The notes under the pieces: generated by a model | What the model was told of the DNA's origin: nothing | What the model saw: the letters and a program-made list of their open reading frames with translations, nothing else | The model's database searches: none | Shown: positions 10,519-22,500 of the stretch, one piece after another | Layout of the letters: each line of letters begins with the position of its first letter | Numbering within the stretch: the first letter of the stretch is position 1 | Assembly: GCA_905178155.1 (NCBI GenBank) | Contig: CAJINV010000030.1 | Location: forward strand, 37,059 to 64,556 | DNA length: 27,498 bases | Direction of reading: 5' to 3' | Source of the DNA: Amoebophrya sp. A120 | Lineage: Eukaryota; Protista; Dinoflagellata | Position numbers and translations under genes: made by a program

Positions 10519-13500
10519 ATGGCTGAAGATTTCCCCAAGAACAGCAACAACCCTCGTTCTCCCAAGGACATTCTGGTCCAGCTTTGGGGCCAAAAGACGG
10601 GAAGTGGCATCGCGAACGTCCTTGAAGATTTTTTTGACGCTAAAGACGTTGATGCCAATGCTGACTGTAGCACGTTCGAGTATATAGCCGAGCAGTATTC
10701 CAAGGCCGCACCCGCAGACCGGAACAGCCGGGCCTCTCTGGGAGATGTTTTAGTAAGTGTCTTTGAGGACGCGGCGGATGCGCGCAACGCACTAACCGGT
10801 GGAGGACGGACTAATCCAGGAGTTCTGCATGTGTGCGTGAAGCGGGCGCAAGAAAGCCCGAATCCTCTTGCTGCGGTGCGGGGCGAAGACCTCGTTTTTG
10901 TTTCGCAAAAAATCAAAGAATATCCGCTGCAAATAGGTCTGGCTCTAGAAGGTTGGAGCTTGTGATGCTAGCTTTCCACAGTACCTCGGAAATTTGTATT
11001 GCATAACCAACAAAAGTCGCAGCCTCTTTTGTGCAAGCAAACACGCAGTTTCTCCTGCGGATTTCCCTTGAGAAAGCGCTCTGGAAAGTTGTCATGCTAG
11101 GTTGCATTCGTAACTGTTTCCATCATCCACATTTTAGCATCACAAGTTTCCAGACATCCAGGGATATTTGCATTTGATAGAGAACACCTTCCGAAACTTC
11201 CGATCTATGAAGCGCGGACGCATCCGCTTCGCGCCGGCTACTACCAGCTTCGAGCAATAACCAACAACCCGGACGACAGATTGAAAGTAGCTCCCAGTTC
11301 TAACAAAACCGTGCCTGATAGGACCACGCTGCAAGTCCTCCGGGAAGAGCGTGGGAAGATGCTGGAGGCACGAAACAAAAACAGGGAGAACGACTTTTCT
11401 GCCAAACGCCAGCTCCTTGATGATCTTCCAGACGAGAAGCCGTCTCTTATGAATAGGCGGTCTGTTCGTGGCGGCACCCCGCAGGATTTGTTGTCCCCTG
11501 GCGCCGCTTCCACCATGACCCCCATGTCGCGGCGAGCAGGTCCGACAGCGGCCGGCATGCCTGCTACTTTCGAGGGCCCCGCCGCGGGGGGAAGGACCGA
11601 CAGACGCAGCCACGACCCTGAGCAAGCGGGCGGTGCGCCGGGTAGTAGTTCTACTGCTAATGATCGAGGACCTTCACAGGACGTTCTTGCAGCTGTGAAC
11701 AAAGATAAGGAAATTAAAACGGCGCGAGGAAAAGCTTCTCTCGCAGCGCGCGTGAAAGATGCAGTCCTTCCCGGATATTTTGTTTTGGAGGGCACGGTCG
11801 CTGCTGGACTAACGCACAAGCTCGTGCAACTGCTGTTCGCATCGCCGTCACCGCAAGCCGCTGAATTCTTGCAAGGCGTGCTGAAATCCAACAAGCCTGG
11901 CACTGTTGCTGCTGCTACATCTTCTTCAAGTTTAACATCATCGTCCCGGAAGAGGAGCAACAACAACTACCAGGAGGGCAAGCACAACGGTCTGGAAGTG
12001 GACTTTTTCATCGAAGTGGGCCTCAGATTTTTCCAGAATTTCGCCGCGTTTGGCAACCACCTTTTACGCCTGATCGTGAACAGCGCACCGACAGCCTCAA
12101 CTCCGAGTACTACAACACCAAATAGTGACTCATTACAACGCCCATCGGCTGCAACGTCCAGCTTCGAATTCAAGAGTTGGCTGGAGCAATCCCGTGACAA
12201 AATGGCGCAGCTTCCGACCTGGAGAAACAGTGTGGCAGCGATGCGAGCTGCGAGCCTGGAAGGTGTTTCATCGTCGTCCTCCTCCTCGTCCCCACGCCAC
12301 GTTCTTTTTCGCGCCCCGGAGGAGCCTTTTTCCATCCCGCTGCCTGAAATGGCACAACAAGCGAAAGACCTCACCTTGAGGTCCTACAAAGAGGGCCGGG
12401 TTCTCGGCATGGTGCACCCGCGCGTGCTCGACGAAACGGACGAAGGGGTCGAGCGGCAACGGGTCGAACAAGCTGCAAATGTTGGCGGGTCAGAACAAGT
12501 TCTAGGCACTACGACTGTCACTGTGCACGAAGGAAATAAAAATATTACCAGAACAAACTACAACAACGCTACAAAGAATTTGGTCCTCGCAGACTCTTTT
12601 TCGCGATCTTTGCTCCCGTACGACTTTGACCAAATTTTCGATCAAAACATCGACGCTGCGCGGAAGCGGGCTTTGGGCCGCAGCGACCCTGCTGCCAGCG
12701 CAGACATGTTCGGGGACGAGGACCCTGACGGTGCGTCAATCGTAGCTCCTACGACCATATGAATTGCAAAAGTATCGTACTCGTAGTAATTGCAGTCATG
12801 CATGACAAGTCTGGTTCCTCAGCTTATTCAGCATTACAAATTCCATTTTTCCTTCTGGAAAAATTTGTAATGCTATTTTTACTAGTACGATACTTTTGCA
12901 CAGGATAGACCACACCCAGAAATAACGAACGCGAGCAGGGGCACAGTTACGACATCAGCTTCGGAACTGTGTTGATGTTGCATCCGGCGAAGCAAATCAA
13001 ACAAAATAGGCAGGTAAGACCACAACAAGCACGAGTCATGCATCAGGACATTACGCAGCAGCAGGTCGAGACCACACCGGACGGCACGATGAAAAGAGTG
13101 CGTCTTGGTACAGCACAACCCTCTCCTGGCGCTGCAACGAGAGGACCCTCCTCCCAACACGCCGGAACAATTCTTGCGCCTCCTTCCAAGAGCCAGTCCT
13201 CGAGTTTTATTCGACCTCCCGTGCAAGAACACGGGCCCGGATCAGCAACCGCATCCGGTGGCATTGCTGCCGTGCGTCCGGGAAAGCCACGCCAAGCTGC
13301 AAAAGCAAAAGCAATTCGCTCTAGTACCCGAACGGGTGAGACGGAGGCTGCGTTCCTGGAGAGAATCGGTCTGTTCGCAGCAGCATCTTCGCCCAACAGT
13401 AGTTCTGGGCTCCTCGGGGCACCAGATCATGGAAAACTAGAGGACGCCAGCGGGCAATTCGCCCGGCCCGAGGCGAGTCTGCAGCAACTGTTTGAGTCAG

Positions 13501-16500
13501 GCGTTCCCGAGGAAAATGCGAGCAGCCAGTTTGCGCGACCAGAGAGAATTTCGCGGACAGGACCTGCCGGCTCGTCTTCACGAGGAGGAGGACCTGCTAC
13601 CGCATTTTTCGCAAGGAGCAGTAGCTCTAGCAGCTCCCATGCAGCTACGAGTAGGGCTGTGGAAGCGCAACTTCTAGCTGCCCCTGGTTCATCAGGAGGA
13701 CTACATCGACGAGATGCTGGGGCGGGTCGTGAGCTCGCGGATAGCAAAGCCAGCGGCCGCATCAATCCTGCTTTGATGCAGAAGGCAGCTCCTGGAGGAG
13801 GTCCTCGTGGTGCGGACCAAGCCGTAGACACCGCTCTGTACGAAGTGCCAATGACTTTGTGTTGCAATCCCGGGAAAGCTGTGGAGCAAGTCGCGGACAG
13901 GTTGCGGTACCCACCCGAGAGCATGGAAGCGTGGCTGAACCCCTTTTCCTCGGCGCCGGAACAGAGGTTTGCAGGAACAGTATACGACCACATTGACGGC
14001 ATCCAGCGCAGCGAGGTTGATCGCCTCCTGCTCGAGCTGGGGGTACACCGCACCGACATGCGGGGCTTTTACGCGCAAAACTTCCAAGGGATGGTTGACA
14101 GAAATCACACGGTATCGGACAGAGCTGTGCGGCAGATGCTGTACTCGCACGCCAAAGTTTTTCCGACTGTGCTGACCCAGGCGGGATTGCGGAAGTTGAC
14201 GCCGCATCCCTGGGAGTGCACGGACCTGCTGATCCCGAACCCGGATGCCGAACGCGAGTGCGACATATTCTGACGAAAAATCCCCCCTCCCCATATTGAA
14301 AAAACATCCTTCTGAGAATTTGTGATGCAGATTTGTGACCACAAATCCTGACTGTCTTGCAAGAAGGCAAGGCCAGAGAGTCCGCCGCATTATGCAGGCG
14401 GTTTGTGATGCTGTTGGGCTTACAGAGCCGACATTTGTCTTCACGCTAGTCGCTTACGTTCAAACCTCTCGCCTCAGGCTTGGCATATGCCTGCAGTCCT
14501 CTCCGGCAGGACAGACCTGATTTGTGTACTTACGCAGATCCAGCATCAGAAATTTCGTTTCGATATGGGGAGGGGGGATCTTTTTCTTTGATACGACACG
14601 CCGCAGCTTTGGAGCGCTACGGAGTCGCTGCGGGCGGAGCAGGCTCGCACCGTGACCTGGATGCAAAAAATGGACCATGATCTGAGAGATGACCGGGACG
14701 CGTACCCAGAGGCACAAGAACAACCCGCCGAGGCTGCGGGGGCTCTTGATCTTGATCTTCTCGCGCCCCCGTCTCGTCGTCCACAAAAAACGTTTAGCGT
14801 TCAGTGGTCGCTCTATTCTGCCGGAAATGATTTTATCAAGGACAAAGCGCAGGTAGGTAAAAATCACAGGAAAGTTGGGGGCCTTGGAGCTGCCGACGCT
14901 GCTCCGGAAGCGGCCTGGAATCTCGAGCTCAGCTTGGACATTCGCTACCGAGCTCGCGGTGGCGTGCTGGCGGATAGCATGGGAACCGGGAAAACTGTTA
15001 CCACCATCGGATTTCTGTGCCATGACCTGCAGGACATCTACAGTGACAAGCTGCCGGCCAAACCGAAAGCGAAGGGGACAGCGAAAAAAGGGGCGGCAAA
15101 AGCGCTGGCGAAGCAGGCTCTATTGCGATCGAACAAACGACAAAGAGCTACTAATGCAGCAGGCGATGAACTGAAGGAAAACAAAAGCAGTGGAGACGAG
15201 GACGCAGCGATGTCGAAAAGGGGCAAAAAAGTGAGAAAGAAAAAAGTGATTACGCCGCTCTCTGACGAGTCGGACCCGGAGAGGGAAGCTCCATCGGCTG
15301 CTGCATCTTCTTCGCGACGAGAACTCCGACCAGGGACGACGAGCCAAGCGGCTCCTTTCGGGTCTTTGTTGTTTGGTGCAAATACTAACGACGTTCCGTA
15401 TTCAATGGCAGAGGGGGCGGATAGTTCGGATTCCGACCTGCTGCAACACTCGGGGCATGAAGCGAACCGGATTGCCATGGGCCTTCCATCCTCGGGGGGC
15501 CGTGCGCGGCGGGAAGCGCAGCCACAGAACAAAAACCGGGATCGGTCAGGGAGCTTGTCCTCTTCGTCTGCGGAGGGGGACCACAGTGATGATTCGTCCT
15601 CATCTTCGCGCAGCACAACTTCGGATTCCGTGGTTCTGGAACATCAAGAACCTACTACGCAAAGAACCGCAAACAAGAAAAGCAGCACTGGTGGAGGTCC
15701 TGCACGAGGACCGAATTCTAGTCGTGGTACAGCTTCAGCTTCTGCAGCTGCAAAGACGAAACTTCAACCTCCGGCCTCGCAGCTGGAACGTCAGCTTGGT
15801 GGAGGAGGAGGTCCGACGTCAGCCGCAAGTTCTAGTTCCAAGCCCCCCGTTGCCATCGGCACTGGCGGGGGCCCCTTGAACAAGCCCGGTCGGACGAAGT
15901 ACCAGGTGTGCGACGAGAAGCTCCACCAGGTTCTGCGGAAGATCGACGCAAACATCCCCGCGCACGACCGACGGTTCTACTTCCCCAGCCGGGCCACCTT
16001 GGTCCTCGCGCCGGAGAAGCAGCTGGCCCGACAGTGGGACGAAATGATCAAGAAGTTCACGCAGCCGGACGCCGTCAGCGTGCTCCGCTTGATGAAGTGG
16101 GACCAGCTGAAGCTGCTGAAGAAATCCGACATTGCGGAGAAATACGACGTGATTCTCGTTTCCTTGAGCGACGTGCTGCAGAAACAGAAGTACCAGGAGC
16201 GCATTCGCAGCCTGTGCGGCCCCGACACCTACGCGTCCGAGGAGCAACTGTGCGAGCTGTTCGCGAAACCAGTTCCAATGCAGTATTCCGAAGTCTTCAC
16301 CGAGCTCCAGCGCCGCGTTGCCGACGGGAAACGGCGGATGCCGGAACCCACGAGAGCAAGGGAGACGGCGACCACTAGTACCACGGTGAATACCAAACTA
16401 CCAGCAGGTCGCGCTAGTAAGCGCACGAACAACGCTGCGGGTCGTGAACTGCAGGGAGTGGCAGCAGGAATAACCTTCGACAGTGCATTTTTACCAGCGA

Positions 16501-19500
16501 GCGGACCGCCCGAGGAGGTCGTGGAGGACCTTGCAGAGGACTTCCATTTTCCGGTACTGGAAATGTTTTATTTTCGGCGGATCATTTTTGACGAGTTCCA
16601 CCAATATTGCGACCGGGACGGCGAATCCATCGCGGAACTCGAAGCGAAGCTGCGTCGAACAGACGAGCACAGGCCTGCGAAAACCAACAACCGGCGGCCC
16701 GGTATCCGGGAAGTCGCCACCTCTAGAAGTAGTTCCACCGGCGGGGCAGGGGCACCACTACATCAACTTCCAGGTGGAGCCACGTCGAAACAGCAGGCGG
16801 CCGCCAGTGCTAAACTTGTGAGGGACAATAAGGTCCAGAACGTGAACAGCCTGACGCGGCTGCAGCACTTGAAAGGTCTGGCTGCCTTTGGGCTTTCCGC
16901 GACCCCGCCCTGTGTGACGCTGGACGGTATCGACAAGACCAGTTGCTTGTTGCAAAAATTGGACCTTCTTCTGGACAAGACTGCCTGCACGAAGCGGTGG
17001 GAGTACTTCCAGCGGGGCGGGCAAAACGGCCTGCGCTACTTGGATACGTTTTGCCGGCAGACGCGGATGAACACCTACGTCGACAGCATTGAAGTTATCG
17101 ACCGCAAAATTCCGGTGGAACTGACCGCCGCGGAGCACACTTTGTACCTGGACCTGTTTCGGGAGTTGAACTACAAGGGCAAGAATCTGGACCTTATCAA
17201 ATGTAAAAATGTCTGGGTCTGGAAGATTGCAACTTGTGATGCTGCGTCTGCATTATCCAAAATTTTGTATTGCATGAACAGCAGAAGAGGTCTGGTTTTG
17301 GCCACGGCGAGAGGGCATTTCTCATGCGGTATAGGCATCAGAAAGCCCTCACAAGACCTGTGATGCTAGGGCATGCATCGCAGACATCAGCAGTCATGCA
17401 AAATGTGCATGACAAACCTTGCATCCTTCCAGACCCAGACATTTTTACAGTTGATAGACCTGCTTCGGGAGCAAAACGCCAGGCTGGAGGCCGGAGAGAT
17501 GGTGGTGGACGACCCAACTGTGGCCGCAGCTTTTAGTCTGACATCAAGTAGAAACAGCAGCACGACGACGACCAGCGCTAGAAGTCGTGCTGCGGCCCTG
17601 TACAGCGCGACGTCGACAAATCTTTCGCAAGAACGCGGCAGAACATTGGACGACACCTCCGAGCAGCCCGTTTTGACGGCGAACACGTTGAAGACCCGGA
17701 CGAGGCTGCTGAAATTGTGCTCCTTCACTTCCACGATGCAGGATTGCAAAGACCGGTACCCTATGCATTGCAAAAGTATGGTACTCTTATAAATGCATTA
17801 CAAATTTCCTCAGCATGAGAATAAAATCTGTAATGCGAATTTACCTTAAAAAAAGGTAAGAGAGGGAATCAGACTTAGTAAACGGAATCAGACTAATGGA
17901 ATCAGACTACAAGTGGAATCAGTATAGTAGAATCAGCATAATGAGTAGAATCAAGATACTAGAATCAAGCTTATGGATAGAATCAGGAGAAGCGGACTCT
18001 GAGTACGTCGACGAATGTGCTGGCCGCGCATCTCTATCGTATGCATTCGAAACGCTCTCTCCTTTGGTCCATCATGTTTTGCAGCTCCACCGGGTCGCTT
18101 TGGTCTCCTCGCAACTTCGCCCGAAGTTCTTGAATGCTGTGCGTTGCGATTCTACTTGGGGACTTAGTTTGCATGTTGGGTATGTATGTCTGCTTAGCTG
18201 TTTCCGTTCGCTCCTCGGCGCACTTCATGCACGACCACTTTAAAACAGACACGCGCCAGGAGTTTGCTATTGGCGATCCCGGTTGACAAGGTGAAATCTG
18301 AAGTAGCCAAAAAAACCGTAAAGGGTAGAAAAATAAGCGCCAACTATAGAAAAGAGAAACTAGAAGAACTACGTCCATCCACTGCGTTCTGTCTATTGTT
18401 TCTCTGTGCCCCTACTTCGCTGCTTTGCTTCTAGATTGCATCAAAAAAGCGCGCAAAAGTGCGATGCTTTGTGGGAGCAGAATTTCCGGACTTAGCCGAA
18501 AAACAGCTCTTCTTTGCGATATTTGTTGAAAAATAACGGGGGAACTCTCGCAAATTTTTAAATATCGGCCTCGTTTTTCGTGTTTTTACTTAGCGAAACC
18601 CGGCCGAGACAGGCCGAGGGGGATGATAGGCGCTGCCTCACAGCAGCGCAGACTGTGCCGCGCGTGCTCGCAGCAAGCTCTGCTGGCCATTCGTTCAGGC
18701 GCATCTGTGAGCCCCTTGCTCTGTAATGGCGCGCAGAAGCGCGGCGCTATATATGTGCCGCGGCCGCCGCGTTCGATGCTCTCCATCCCGCCCTGCCTGT
18801 CCTGGTCTGTCCTCCCGCGCCCCGCCCCGGCTGCGTTGGAGCTGCGCTCCAGGCCTTGCGCACCGATTGACGGACCAGGCGGCCCCCCCGCCCGTTGTTC
18901 GCTCGGTGGGCCGCCTAGAAAGTTGCTCAGGTTGGTACATCGTCGCACAGGCCGGGGCCGTCGGTGCTTCGATTTTTGGGTGGGGCGACTCCACTCGCAT
19001 TGCAAGTGGTCGGGGCCGCAGTGGCGCAGATGTGTCGGCTGGGACTGCCCTGCTCCCCCAGGCGCCGCCCCCCGACCTAGGGGTAGCCACCTTCCCAAGG
19101 GCGCAGCCATCTGTATGTCGCAGCAGGGCGGCTCCCATAGGCTAGCGACGTGGCACCGCCGAGCATAGAGGCGGGGCGTGCCGGCGGCGAGGCTGTCTTC
19201 CCGGTCCTTGTCCGCCTGTGACTGTGAGCAGCGCCTCCCGGCACGGGCGGTGGCGCCCCGGCACTGCCCAGGTCGACAGGGATAGATAGAAGTCGAGCAC
19301 TTCGAGCTTGGTCTTTTGTTTTGCGATCGATCAACGTTCGAACCCCTGCCCGCGTGCAACTGAACCGAGTGAACTTTTCTGATCTCTGAGCACGATTATG
19401 GGAGGCGCTCACCCTCCCCTTTCTCATACTCGCGCAGGGGAGTGTGAAAGGTGTCGAGGTGCGTGGGGGGGGGGGAGCGAAGACACGCCCCAGCAAATGG

Positions 19501-22500
19501 CGGGCGTGGGGCTTGTCGGGTCGGTGTTTGGCATGTGCACGCATGTTGGCCGTTTTTTCGTGGCTCCCTCTGCGTTTTCCCAGCAGCCGACCGCGCGCGG
19601 GCGCAAGCAGCGCACGGACTGGATAGCGCAGCACTAGTTTGATTCCACTAGTCTGATTCCACTGGTAAAGCTGATTCCATTAGCCTGATTCCATGAATAA
19701 GTCTGATTCCGTAAATCCTTTAGTCTGATACCATCGACGACCACTAAGACTTATAATGCATGAATGCAACACGAGTGCGATACTTTTGCACAGGATATAC
19801 CCGGAGAAAAAACGAGAGGTGCTCCGGCACCAGAAAGAGGTGGAGGAGCAACTGCTGCTGTTCGAGTTCTTTATGCGGTACGCTGACCTGATGCGGGCCT
19901 ACCAGGGCAACAATCCGCGGACGTTGAGCTATGCATTGCAAAAGTATCGTACTCGTCTCTATAAAGGCATTACAAATTTCCTCAGCATGAGAAATAAAAT
20001 TTGTCATCCTGATTTCCCTCAAGAAAAATACTTGGAATGCATATGCAAAACATGCATTTATACGAGTACGATGCTTTTGCACAGGATATGAGCCGGATGA
20101 ACCTCATGTTCGAGGAAGACATACGCACCGAGAGTGAAGTGGCCGTTTTCGGAGTTACGAAAGCGAAAGCCGAGGAAGTCGTGGTCCGGCAGCGCGGACA
20201 GCCTCCCGGTGAAGATGATCCACTCCGCGGCCGCGACAACAAAAATGCAGCATGCGCGAGTTATGCACTGCATCAAAACCATAAGTATCGTACTAGTATA
20301 AATTGCATTACAAATTTTTGTCCTCAAAGACAAGAAGAAATTGTAATCCTGATTTGCTTAAGGTAGAACATCAACATTTGTCATGCTGCATGACAACTGC
20401 AATTCATCCGAGCTGGCGATACTTTATTTGCAGTGGATGCGAGTCTTGTTCGAGATTTGGAGGCGCGGCGAAAGGAGTACAAGGATAGAGTGTTAGGGCA
20501 TGAGTGGTATGAGGACGCGGCCGAGCAGAACGAGAAGGACGGAAAAATGACGCTTTTCGACGGCATGCTGTTCCGTTTGAATTGGAGGCGGGAAACTCCA
20601 AGTTCGAAGCTGGTTCTGGGTCCTTCCAGTCGCGCAGTGATGCTGTTGCACCACGTGAAGGATGTCTTTGGCGACTCTGCCTGCCTCTGGGGCGGACGAG
20701 TCCTCAAGGATTTTGGGCTGGACGACCCGGACGATGACGCTCGTGTTGCCCAGGCGGGTCTCTCTGCCTATCAAATGCAAAAATGCCCGGGCCTGAAAGA
20801 GTCATGCTGTTTTTGCATGACACAGAAGGTCTGGCATGGAAGATCTAGCGTCACAGGTTTCATCGAGAAGCTTCCGCAATGCCGAATCCGCGTGACAAAT
20901 CCCCCATTTTGGTGACAGAAATAAGTGGGTAGCTTTTGCTACCTATGCATGAGAGATTTTTCTGTGTTTTGAAATGCGCATGATCGTAAGGCTGTATTCT
21001 TCCAGACCCAGACATATTTGCAATCCATAGACCGTACCACCGAGGAGAGGGCCTCCCAGATGAACCGGAAGACCTGATGCAGGTTGTCGCCTGCCGCATT
21101 CACCGGATCGTGCACGGAATGGCTCATGGCCAGCTCTCCAACGCACGCCTGGAAAGTTTGGTTTCCAAGTTCGCCGCAAATCTGTTTGGGCTGGACACGC
21201 AAGAATCGTCCCGGCTACAATTCCGTCGGCAGAAGAATAATAAATCCGGTCGTACTACCGCGCCGGGGCTGTACGCGGATATTTTCCTAGACGCCAGGGA
21301 GTTCGAAATGTTTTGCGAAATCAATGATTTTCAAATAGAGCAGGACATGGGCAGTGGGCGCGACAACATTGAAACGAGATGGAAAGCGAGGGAGGCCATG
21401 GCACTGGTTTCGGCGCGCGACCCGGGCCCCGGAAAGCGGACGCGACGGCACCTCGCGGGCTTTTGCGACCGCCACGAGCATATCAAATGTAAAAGTGTCT
21501 GGGTCTGGAAGAATGCAATTTGTCATGCTAAATCTGAAGCATGCAAAAATCTGTGTTGCATGATTACCAAAAGTCGTCCAGTTTTGACCATGTCGGGAGG
21601 GAGTTTCTCATGCGGGATAGGCATGAGAGAGATCGCACAGAATCTGTCATGCTAGGTCCTGCATTCCAGACCTCGTGGGTCATCGAAAAGCTGCATGACA
21701 AATCGCGCATTCTTCCAGACCCAGACATTTTTACATTTGATAGAGCACCGGTTTTCGCGGGAAGAGTTCCGGCGGCTCATGCGGCTCTATATGAGGGGGT
21801 TCTCAATCGTTCCATTCTCTACTGTTACAGGGATTTGTCATGCAAATTTGCCATGCGTCTCTACATTTATCACGCTGCCTCGCATTTTTACAGGTTCGCG
21901 ATTCGCTAAATAGCATTTAGATTCTACCGCCAAACAATCTGTAATGCAAAAGGCGCATCAATCTTCCCCCACCCCCTATACACTTTTGCCATTCTTGCAT
22001 TACAAGTTCATGCAACAGTTCAGAAGGTAACCGATTTGAGAACGCCATACTGTACGGCCGGAGCATTGGACGTCTGGACCCAAAACTAGATGTTTTTCAG
22101 AATGTCAGCGACAGCTACAGTGCTTACCTGCATTTTCGAAAACTTCTCCTACGCGACGACAACGCAACTACAAGCGTAGACGGTGGACTAGTACACCAGC
22201 AGGGCGGCAGGGGCTCTGTAGATGAAGTTGACACGACCGAGTTGATTGACGCCCAACTGGACTCCGGCAAGCCAATGCTGCTCGACGTCATGACGCACTT
22301 TCTCCCCAAAATCGCCTTATCGAAAAACAGTCCGTTCTATGACAGTGCACAACTTGATGATGTTCTCGTTCCCGGCCCCTCATTTTTTGTGTGCCATGAA
22401 TACAAAGACGAACTACTTACACACCATCACACGTGTAGCCTGTGCATGACAAGTTCATGGGCCCCCGCGGCCGGAATGTAGTACCGTAATATGGTGTCGT

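Noticed and set aside
18586-19642. Overlapping 140-257 aa ORFs in the nested element as a transposase
   Set aside because: They are Arg/Gly/Pro-rich products of very high GC content, with no DDE, HUH or recombinase motif recognisable by eye.
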